From positions 1,050,001 through 1,082,000 of the forward strand of contig NC_010628.1 in assembly GCF_000020025.1 (NCBI RefSeq): a stretch of DNA of 32,000 bases, given 5' to 3'. The notes beneath the pieces are model-generated. The model made no database searches and was not told the origin of the DNA. It was given only the letters and a program-made list of their open reading frames with translations. The translations under genes and the position numbers were made by a program. Within the stretch, counting starts at the first letter, position 1, and every line of letters begins with the position of its first letter. This DNA is from Nostoc punctiforme PCC 73102 (GTDB lineage: Bacteria; Cyanobacteriota; Cyanobacteriia; Cyanobacteriales; Nostocaceae). Of the stretch, positions 9,401 to 16,539 are shown in pieces.

Positions 9401-9985
9401 TCCTTTATCCGTCAACTGCTCATCTTGGAAGGGACGCAACAGACAGACATCCACCTCCAACATGTGACCCACTGTATCTACAATTGCCTGCAAAATTTGT
9501 CTGTAGTCTAAAGCACTACGAATCGTATTTGTGACAGTATTCAGCAGTGACTCTTGTCGGAGTGTGCGTGTAAGTTCGCGGGTGCGGGCTTTGAGGACAT
9601 TGTGAGTATCCAAAGCTTGGCGTACCACAGCTTTAAGTTCCTCTGCTTCCCACGGTTTGGTGACATATTTAAAGACCTTACCAGCGTTGATTGCTTCCAC
9701 CAAGTCTTCGACATCGGTGTAGCCAGTTAAAATAATCCGGATAATATCTGGATATTGAGTTGCTGTCAGGCTCAAAAATTCTGTACCGCTCATCATTGGC
9801 ATTCGCTGATCGGAGATGATCACCGCGACCTCTCCCTCTTGAGCCAGCAGATCGAGGGCCGCAGGGCCAGAGGTTGCCCTTAGCACCTTATAGTCGCGAT
9901 AGAAGGTGCGATAAAGCAAGTCAAGGTTGTCTGGCTCATCATCGACAACCAAAATTTTAGGCTTACTGTTTGCTTGGGATTTCAT
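6452..9985 (-). CDS. cyaC: CyaC-type multidomain adenylate cyclase (REC-GAF-GAF-HisKA/HATPase-REC-class III cyclase)
   Basis: 1177 aa. REC1: ILVVDDEPDN ... SDQRMPMMSG ... KPW. Two GAF-type modules end ...LMAVLALHQCSVPRFWGEDE and ...CIGSITLHEGKKVRQW. H-box ISHEFRTPIT; HATPase boxes LLSNAMKFT, DTGIGI, GSGLGLALV. REC2: ILVVDDNPDLR ... VTDLMMP ... AKPF. Class III cyclase core: VLFSDIVGFT, KFMGDAILALYGAP, CGIHQGTAVVGMFGS, YTAIGPSVNIAARL. The domain order matches the CyaC described for Spirulina/Anabaena. Confidence 0.9.
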   Translation of the reverse strand: MKSQANSKPKILVVDDEPDNLDLLYRTFYRDYKVLRATSGPAALDLLAQEGEVAVIISDQRMPMMSGTEFLSLTATQYPDIIRIILTGYTDVEDLVEAINAGKVFKYVTKPWEAEELKAVVRQALDTHNVLKARTRELTRTLRQESLLNTVTNTIRSALDYRQILQAIVDTVGHMLEVDVCLLRPFQDEQLTDKGFIYQKALSEEAGEHTPAEVQANNSSAVSLSPSTPLTVLAQTVWETREVQVIHDITDDERIHGNTPELRERGEAFAAANICSSLVVPLICQQELMAVLALHQCSVPRFWGEDEVQLVLMVADQAALALSQAYAYEQVRALAKRESLINTITSAIRSSLDPQDIFAAITQQLGQALQVDGCVLSLWTEEDEFVECVALYDSFQHLESLRRHSPPQASPAPDNNHLSPQRLPYSQSSIQENPILQQMLQTHEPVVIGNVSHSPSDIQGFNLPLKMPARSLMFVPLLADGKCIGSITLHEGKKVRQWLPSDIDLAKAVAAQAAIAVQQSHLYQKTRQQAERLLELDKQKTEFFQNISHEFRTPITLIQGPLESAVAAGEGLSYSQSAIALRNSRRLLRLVNQLLDLQRLDAGRMQPSFHPCDLVEFVSQIVESFRPYCEKKRLHLATQLDECSPVYLDMEKFDKVVYNLLSNAMKFTPEGGTIGVRLKSEQDRCILQVQDTGIGIVKEQIPHLFERFRQAEGSANRSYEGSGLGLALVKELVELHGGHVTVESVYGQGTTFSLWLVTGNGHLPVQQVLETPAEVNTSRASVELADLELVESTTDNIEDITINLSPNIDTQDSALKTQHSILVVDDNPDLRTYVSEIFRRNGYYVRTARNGYEGHSLAKEIIPSLIVTDLMMPLVSGLEMIQMIRNEEKLKGTPIILLTAKVDEETRIEGTEHGADAYLAKPFNDRELLAEVRNLLALKENERRIVELNTYLTESVLKRFLPAVLVQKAATGDLTLDLRPEPRLITVLFSDIVGFTQLSNTLRSRRVAELLNEYLEAMTKVVFGNGGTVDKFMGDAILALYGAPEELTPNEQVRRAINTARAMHRSLADLNQRWREQGVFDGDRLTSVQFRCGIHQGTAVVGMFGSAERADYTAIGPSVNIAARLQAAALPGTILVSAAVADYLQEEEITKGSPLELKGVDETVLTFAVTPEVMVNR

Positions 9986-10992
9986 GCACCGCTTTCCTGC
10001 TGCAACGGCAGTCGGATAAAGAATAATCTGATCAGGGAAGGATTTTTCTGAGTCAGGTAAGAACAGAGCATTTCCACCAATAAGGCTCTTTGGCTACATG
10101 ACTGCTGAGTGTAGGAGCGTTTACTCACGGTAATTCGTTTCAATTGCTTATACCTATTACCGCTTGCTTTAGTGCAGTGTAATTGCTTTCATAGTCAGTT
10201 ATAGGGTTATAGAGTCGATCCTTGCTAGTCAAATCTTCTTTCACCTCCTGCGAGCAATGTCTAATACTACATACAGCACTCATAGCTAGCTGAAAAATCC
10301 AGATGAAGCTGCATATTAAGTTTTCCCTCCGCAGCAGTTGTACTAACACTTGCACGTCAATTTTATTTATGCTAGTCATGGTAGAGTCAGCAAAATTAAA
10401 ACAATAAGATTTAAAACCAAAGTATACTATTAGACAAATACCTCTTTCTAATTTAGCAATCAGAACTATCATTAAGACAAGTGGTATTGGTGAAGAAGTT
10501 AGGGATAGGAATCTGCAATATTCCTGCCTAGTATCTGTACAGCCTGTTTCTATTACTTAGCAGCAAAGTCTTGTTGGTGTAGCGCCAATTGCATAAATAA
10601 GTTCAGTATTACAACTTAAAGATGGTTTACAACCAAAGTTGGTTGTTAGTGTACTTACTTAACAATTTTGTAGGTAATGCTTACAGGTAAGTTATGCTAT
10701 ATATCTACCCATTAACCTAAATCTGTACGATTTACAGATTTTTTTGTGGTAAACAGACTGATATACTCCCTATCTCAAGCAAGGGATGCATCTAATCCTA
10801 CTGAACTTAAGATTGTAGCTTTATGAAGCTGTAACTTCTGAGACTCTTTCAAAAAGACGGACTATAAAGCGCCAAACTAAAGTGTAAAACTTTGTATGCT
10901 TATAAGCAAAAGCAAATGAGCAGTCTTAGGTCAGTTCAATCTACTGGGAATATATAAAGTTTTTATGCGGTTAAAAGGGTGTTTGAGGATAT

Positions 10993-11640
10993 TTGAGAAA
11001 ATTTTCGTTGAATAAAATCAATACTAAACTAGCTTTGAAATATCGGTCTTTTCATCCATACCAGCAACAGCCAATCGATCCAGCCTGCTGCGAATTTCAA
11101 ATTCGTACAGCTACACCTACTGATTTGATCGGTGTTTCCCAAATTATTGCTGAAAGCTTTCACTCCCAAAAAGGTATGTGGGGATGGGCTTTTCCATTGT
11201 TACGTCTGGGTATTTACGAAGACTTAAGGCATCGGATGACATCACCTCTACCCCGTCATATTTGTTTAGTCGCCTTGGAAGCTACTAGCGGTGCGGCTAA
11301 TAACTTAGTAGGAAGTGTAGAACTGGGTGTACGTTATAGTGATTCGTGGGGTCAGGCTGGCATAGGTTTTCCTTACTTATCTAATTTAGCGGTTCATCCA
11401 AAATACCGTAGACATGGTGTGGCTTCAGGATTACTGACTAGCTGTGAAAAAGTTTCCCGCGAATGGGGATTTCAAGACTTATATCTTCACGTTTTAGAAA
11501 ATAATCATCAGGCAAGGCAACTTTATTTCAAGGTGGGATATCGGGTACATAAAGTCGAATCAAATTGGAATACATTTTTATTAGGACGCTCAAGCCAGAT
11601 ATTATTGCACAAGCATCTGAGTGCTAATTTCAGTATCTGA
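10993..11640 (+). CDS. GNAT family N-acetyltransferase
   Basis: 215-aa ORF with acetyl-CoA motif A (VHPKYRRHGVASGLL) and a typical GNAT C-terminus (LHVLENNHQARQLYFKVGY). The start is uncertain. The ORF opens with TTG at 10993, and there is no ATG before the catalytic core. Confidence 0.8.
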   Translation: MRKFSLNKINTKLALKYRSFHPYQQQPIDPACCEFQIRTATPTDLIGVSQIIAESFHSQKGMWGWAFPLLRLGIYEDLRHRMTSPLPRHICLVALEATSGAANNLVGSVELGVRYSDSWGQAGIGFPYLSNLAVHPKYRRHGVASGLLTSCEKVSREWGFQDLYLHVLENNHQARQLYFKVGYRVHKVESNWNTFLLGRSSQILLHKHLSANFSI

Positions 11641-12198
11641 ATTTTTGTAAATTTTTATTTTCTAATTAGTTTGGAGAAAATCTATCATCAATATGAGCAA
11701 CCAAAGTATAGATTAACCTAATTAAAAAATTAGCCAATGTTAGCTAAATAGATTGATATGTATAACTTTAGATAATTGGTTTAAGTAGATTTTATTGGGA
11801 TTTTTATTATTTATTCTAAAATAATATCACTAAAAAACTTCACCGAAATAATTAAGTGTTACAATTTTTCAGTTTTAACCTGTCATTAAATAATAACCAT
11901 TTTAGAGTATTTTATATAGATAGAATAGATGATTACAATAGAATATAGATGTACGAATACCTTATTAAATAAGCGATCCCTCATAATAACTTTGTAATTA
12001 AGATATTCATCTTTATAAAAACTTTAATAAAACACTCTCTAAATTTGGGGACAAATCTGGTTATATCTCATAAAATATGATCACTCAATTACTAAGCAAT
12101 GTGTATTTATTACTATCTTAGTGAAATTGACCAAAAGACTCTTGATAATAAAAGAATTCAAAAATCTGATTTGACATCAAAGCTAGTTACTTTTTGAA

Positions 12199-12792
12199 GT
12201 GCATACTACTACCAAATTCGTTGAAAGTTTAAAAAACATGGATAGCGAACAGCATCGACGCTATCAAATCTCTATGGTATCAACTTATTACCCTAAAACT
12301 AGTTTCCTTGACTCTGTTGTCATGCCAGATGGAACTGAGCAATCGCAAGGCTCGGATATCCTTACACGTTTACACAGTGGAGAAGTTTTCATTGTCAATA
12401 GTCGTAGACGGAATGGATTAATCCTCTTTAAACGCTACCATGCAGAGTTTGCTGGGCCTGGGGCTGCTGTGGGTGGGGATTACGACTGTGATTGCCAAAG
12501 GGCACTGCCCATAGGTAATCTGTCTTTGTTAACCCCCGATTCTAATGAAGAACGCCAGAAGGCTTACTTGATTAGGCGACAGTGGATTCGATTGATCAAA
12601 CAAATTACAGAAAACCCAATACCTGGGCAGCGAGTTCAGAAAATTCTCGATCAATTTGAACAATACTTTCCACCCGAAATAGTGGCTCTTTTGCCGGATC
12701 TTGCTTTTGCTCTTTTGGTAGGTGTGCTGCCACAAACGGTAGGATTAGTACGTCGTTTGGGCAGTGAGATGGATAGCCGATTTAATTATTGA
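12199..12792 (+). CDS. Hypothetical protein (no family recognised)
   Basis: 197-aa ORF with GTG at 12199 and an in-frame ATG at 12238 (MDSEQHRRY...). It is the only long ORF at this locus and fits tightly before the convergent hisC stop, with an 8-bp gap. I recognise no motif. It is preceded by about 560 bp of very AT-rich DNA. Confidence 0.55.
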   Translation: MHTTTKFVESLKNMDSEQHRRYQISMVSTYYPKTSFLDSVVMPDGTEQSQGSDILTRLHSGEVFIVNSRRRNGLILFKRYHAEFAGPGAAVGGDYDCDCQRALPIGNLSLLTPDSNEERQKAYLIRRQWIRLIKQITENPIPGQRVQKILDQFEQYFPPEIVALLPDLAFALLVGVLPQTVGLVRRLGSEMDSRFNY

Positions 12793-12800
12793 GTGAATTG

Positions 12801-13958
12801 CTAAAATTCCAAATCGGCTATTGCTGCTTGGACTCTAGTAATCGTGCGGGCGTTTTCCTCTATTGTTCCAACAGTAATTCGCAATCCTCCGCTAATGTGT
12901 CGTACAAGAGTGCCGAGTTTTCTAAGTTTCTGGTGGAAAGTTTTTAGCACAGCATCTTGTGAATTTAAGCCATTAGGTTTAAGGCGTAGGTAAATAAAAT
13001 TAGCAGCACTTGCGGTAATTTGTAGTTCTGGTTGCTGGGATAAAATTTCGATGAGTTTGGATCGTTCACTCAAGGTTTGGGGAATTGACTCCAGTAAGAG
13101 GGTACGGTTTTGTAAAGCAACTAATGCTGCTGCTATGGAAAAGCTGGGAAGATTGTAAGGTAAGCGAACTTTTTCTAAAATGGCGATCGCTTCGGGATGA
13201 GCAACGCAATAACCAACACGGAGAGATGCCAATCGGAAAGCTTTAGAAAAAGTGCGTAATATTACCCAGTTGGGGCGCTGCGCTAATTCACCTACTAGGG
13301 TAGTTTGACTAAATTCAAAGTAAGCTTCATCAATTACTACCAAAATATGTTCGCTCAGACTTCTTAACCATGCCAACTCTGCCGTCGTTAAGCTATTGGC
13401 AGTCGGCGAATTTGGATGTACTACGAAAACTACGCGAATGGGTGGATTTTGAGTTTGTTCGATCGCAGACTGTGCGGCTTTTAAGTCAATTTCAAAATTT
13501 GTTTCGTCTCTACCCACCGTTACGACAGGAATTCCCAAAGTTTGTGCCAAAATTCCGTACATAGAGAAAGTAGGATTGGCAACGAGAATTGAACCTTCTC
13601 TTCCTAAACAAGTGGCGATTAATAAAGAGCGGATTAGTTCATCGGAACCATTTCCAACAGAAATATTGGCAGCAGTATTGGATAGCGGGAAAGCGGCTGA
13701 TTCATTGACGTATTCTGCGATCGCATCCTTAAGGGTTTCATGTCCACCATCAGGATAACGATTTGTTTCAATTACTTGCTGATATGTCCAGGCTAGTTTT
13801 TCTTTTAACTCAGGTGGTAAATCGTAGGGGCTTTCATTTGTATCCAGGCGATCAAACTGTGTAGAGACAGAATCGGCTGTATCACTGCTGGGGTGAGGTT
13901 TATAGGCGGTAAATTGGGCTAAATCTGACCGAATGAAGGGAAGCATAATTTTAGTCAT
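12801..13958 (-). CDS. hisC: Histidinol-phosphate aminotransferase
   Basis: 385 aa class-II PLP aminotransferase. Motifs: [36 protein letters not shown] and the PLP-lysine context [15 protein letters not shown]. The ATG at 13958 lies inside a heptamer repeat, so the ATG at 13946 (MLPFIRSDL) is an equally good start. Confidence 0.88.
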   Translation of the reverse strand: MTKIMLPFIRSDLAQFTAYKPHPSSDTADSVSTQFDRLDTNESPYDLPPELKEKLAWTYQQVIETNRYPDGGHETLKDAIAEYVNESAAFPLSNTAANISVGNGSDELIRSLLIATCLGREGSILVANPTFSMYGILAQTLGIPVVTVGRDETNFEIDLKAAQSAIEQTQNPPIRVVFVVHPNSPTANSLTTAELAWLRSLSEHILVVIDEAYFEFSQTTLVGELAQRPNWVILRTFSKAFRLASLRVGYCVAHPEAIAILEKVRLPYNLPSFSIAAALVALQNRTLLLESIPQTLSERSKLIEILSQQPELQITASAANFIYLRLKPNGLNSQDAVLKTFHQKLRKLGTLVRHISGGLRITVGTIEENARTITRVQAAIADLEF

Positions 13959-14008
13959 TAGTCATTAGTCATTGGTCATTAGTCATTAGTCATTAGTCAT
14001 TAGTAACT
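13953..14008. repeat. STRR-like heptamer array, (AGTCATT)x7 plus a degenerate unit (minus strand: AATGACT)
   Basis: Read directly: agtcatt x3, ggtcatt, agtcatt x3, agtaact. The array abuts and includes the first hisC ATG. Confidence 0.92.
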
Positions 14009-14066
14009 AAACAAAGGAGAAATGACTAAGGACGTTAGTTATGTGAGAGTCTAATATTTTACAACT

Positions 14067-14702
14067 TCAAGGTAATTGGCAAAAGAGGCGAATTACCTGC
14101 CAAATATTTTCCATAACATCACCCAAGGCATGGTCACTGTCGAGTTCGACTAACTCCACCCAAGAACGGCAACGCGCAAAGTCACGACTAGCTTCGATGG
14201 GAATAACTTCATCCTTTTTTCCATGCAAAATTAGGGTAGGTATAGAAAGTTGCAAAAATTTTTCTTGGTATTGGGCAGCATCTATAACGAAATCATAACT
14301 TAAAGGAATTGATCGCTCCTCTCCATAGTGGTAGACCATGATATATTTTTCGTGCTGCCAACGCTGTACTTCTTCATAGCCTAGCTTGGGCAACCAATGG
14401 GATAAAAATCCAAAAGCTGGTGCTAGCAGCACAAGGCGTTCTACTTGTAAATATTGCTGTCCTAAGTGTGCAGCGGTCAAACCACCTAAACTTGAGCCAA
14501 TCAGGGTTACTGGTGTAGAATCATTACTAAATTCTGCGGCAACTTGAGCGATCTGACGAGTGATTGTTAACTGCGAAAAATCGCCAGCATTGAGATCGGG
14601 GATTTTGAGCTTTGTTTGAATTTTGAAAAAGCGATCGCCTATATCCCGCGCTTTGGCAGAATTAGGACTGGAAGCGAAACCGTGAAGATATATATATTGC
14701 AA
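14067..14702 (-). CDS. YqiA-like alpha/beta-hydrolase esterase
   Basis: 211 aa. N-terminus IYLHGFASSPNSAKA, nucleophile elbow GSSLGG, and late ILHGKKDEVIP and DSDHAL (Asp/His of the triad). Apparent TTG start at 14702. Confidence 0.78.
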   Translation of the reverse strand: MQYIYLHGFASSPNSAKARDIGDRFFKIQTKLKIPDLNAGDFSQLTITRQIAQVAAEFSNDSTPVTLIGSSLGGLTAAHLGQQYLQVERLVLLAPAFGFLSHWLPKLGYEEVQRWQHEKYIMVYHYGEERSIPLSYDFVIDAAQYQEKFLQLSIPTLILHGKKDEVIPIEASRDFARCRSWVELVELDSDHALGDVMENIWQVIRLFCQLP

Positions 14703-14711
14703 AGCGTAGAT

Positions 14712-14809
14712 AGTTAGGAGTTAGGGCTAATTAAGTTAAGAATTTTAAGTTATGAGTTTTTTTATTCAACTCATAACTCATAACTCTTAACTCTTAACTC
14801 CTAACTCTT
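14712..14809. repeat. Imperfect long palindrome built from heptamer repeats (AACTCWT x6 and inverted copies)
   Basis: The right arm is the tandem array aactcat aactcat aactctt aactctt aactcct aactctt (14768-14809). The left arm (14712-14759) carries inverted copies: AGTTAGGAGTTA and AAGTTATGAGTT each match the reverse complement of the right arm over 12 nt. The element fills the gor-esterase spacer. Confidence 0.8.
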
Positions 14810-14814
14810 TCTTA

Positions 14815-16191
14815 TTACCGCATTGTGACAAATTCTTCGGCTGAGGAGGGATGGATACCAACGGTGGCATCAAAGTCTTTTTTAGTTGCGCCCATCTTCA
14901 CGGCGATCGCTACACCTTGGATGATCTCAGCTGAACTATCGCCCACCATGTGAGCGCCTAGCACTTTTTCAGTGTTGCTATCAACCACCAACTTCATCAT
15001 TGTTTTTTCTTGCTTACCAGTCAAGGTATAGTACATGGGGCGAAAGCGAGTGCGATAAATTGTTACCGCATCACCGAGTTTTTCACGTGCTTCGGCTTCT
15101 GTCAAGCCTACTGTTGCAGCTTCTGGGTTAGAAAAAATGGCTGTGGGAACAGTTTTGTGACTGAATTCGCGGCGATTATTGCCGAATTCACTATCAGCAA
15201 AGGCGCGACCTTCGCCAATGGCCACAGGAGTCAAATTGATTCGGTCTGTGACATCGCCAACGGCAAAGATATTCGGTTGATTAGTTTGACTATATTCATT
15301 GACTGCGATCGCACTTGTGGTCGGGTATCCAGGCCCTTCGATAGAACTAGCAACAACATCAACCCCAGCGTTTTCTAAACCTAGTCCATCTACATTGGGA
15401 GTTCGACCAGTCGCCACTAAAAATACATCCGCGATTATTGGTTCTTGGTCTTCCCCTGATAAAGTAAGTTTAAACCCTTCCGCCACACGTTCAACTGTTT
15501 TTACCACATTATTCTTAATCAGCCGAATTCCGTGATTTGTCATCCCCTCTTCAATTTCTGTGCGGACATCTTCATCAAACCCATTCAAAATCTTGTCACC
15601 TCTGGTAATTTGTGTCACTTCAGAACCCAAACCGCGCATAATACACGCAAATTCCGTGCCGATATAACCAGCGCCAAGAATGACGATGTGTTTTGGTTGT
15701 TCTTTTAGATGAAAAATTTCGTTAGAGGTAATGCCATATTCCATACCTGGTAAATCTGGTTTGATCGGACGACCGCCAACAGCAATTAAAATTTTGTCTG
15801 CTGTCACTTTGCGTCCGTCAACTTCTACGGTGTGAGAGTCTAGCAATGTGGCGCGACCGGAAAATAGTTCTACTCCGGCTTTTTCTAAGAAGTTTATGTG
15901 TAGTTGCGATAGTCGCCGAACTTCCTTATCTATAGATGTAATGAAATATTCCCAGTCCAACTCAGCATTACCGACTTTCCAGCCATAGCCTGAAGCTTCA
16001 CTAAATAGTGCGGGAAAGTGAGAGGCATAGACCATAAGTTTTTTGGGAACGCAACCGCGAATCACACAAGTCCCACCAACTAAATCATATTCAGCGATCG
16101 CCACTTTTGCTCCATAGCTAGCTGCCCGTTTGGAAGCTGCTAAACCTCCAGAACCCGCACCAATTACAAATAAGTCGTAATCAAAAGTCAT
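14815..16191 (-). CDS. gor: Glutathione-disulfide reductase
   Basis: 458 aa. FAD fold VIGAGSGG, redox-active disulfide GGTCVIRGCVPKK, second Rossmann fold ILGAGYIGTEF, and C-terminal interface motif GIHPSSAEEFVTMR. Confidence 0.92.
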   Translation of the reverse strand: MTFDYDLFVIGAGSGGLAASKRAASYGAKVAIAEYDLVGGTCVIRGCVPKKLMVYASHFPALFSEASGYGWKVGNAELDWEYFITSIDKEVRRLSQLHINFLEKAGVELFSGRATLLDSHTVEVDGRKVTADKILIAVGGRPIKPDLPGMEYGITSNEIFHLKEQPKHIVILGAGYIGTEFACIMRGLGSEVTQITRGDKILNGFDEDVRTEIEEGMTNHGIRLIKNNVVKTVERVAEGFKLTLSGEDQEPIIADVFLVATGRTPNVDGLGLENAGVDVVASSIEGPGYPTTSAIAVNEYSQTNQPNIFAVGDVTDRINLTPVAIGEGRAFADSEFGNNRREFSHKTVPTAIFSNPEAATVGLTEAEAREKLGDAVTIYRTRFRPMYYTLTGKQEKTMMKLVVDSNTEKVLGAHMVGDSSAEIIQGVAIAVKMGATKKDFDATVGIHPSSAEEFVTMR

Positions 16192-16481
16192 AAATTTATG
16201 TTCTCTCTAGCAAAAAGTTAGTTCTTGGGAACTCACGCAACAGAATGTTATTGGACTATATAAGGATATCTGGTGAATCTTATGTAAGTCCTGTCCTTGA
16301 TTTAATCTAGCGTTAGCAGATGTTCTCTGGTCGTAGGGAATATCACTTTTTGCTTTAGTGGCAGTCACTAAAATTGTTTGTCATAGTTCTATCTCAGGTG
16401 TCGGTCATAAGCCTGTGCTACTGCATTGGAGCAGCTAAGTCGCGCTAAGTCCTACAGTACAGGACTTACGCAAAATTATGA

Positions 16482-16503
16482 TAAAAAAACCGCGTTAGCG
16501 GTT
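16482..16503 (-). terminator. Rho-independent terminator downstream of the FecR-domain gene
   Basis: Minus strand reads AACCGC-TAAC-GCGGTT followed by TTTTTTTAT, about 37 nt after the stop at 16540. The stem is GC-rich with 6-7 bp, followed by a T7 run. Confidence 0.75.
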
Positions 16504-16539
16504 CGCAGAGAGTCTCGTACCCTTATTAGCAGTTTTGTT

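Noticed and set aside
10140-10472. 110-aa minus-strand ORF in the cyaC-GNAT spacer.
   Set aside because: It has no recognisable motif and a Cys/Phe/Ile-rich, low-complexity-like composition typical of AT-rich non-coding DNA. It would sit within the likely cyaC leader/promoter region. I kept it as an unresolved possibility only; conservation in relatives would rescue it.
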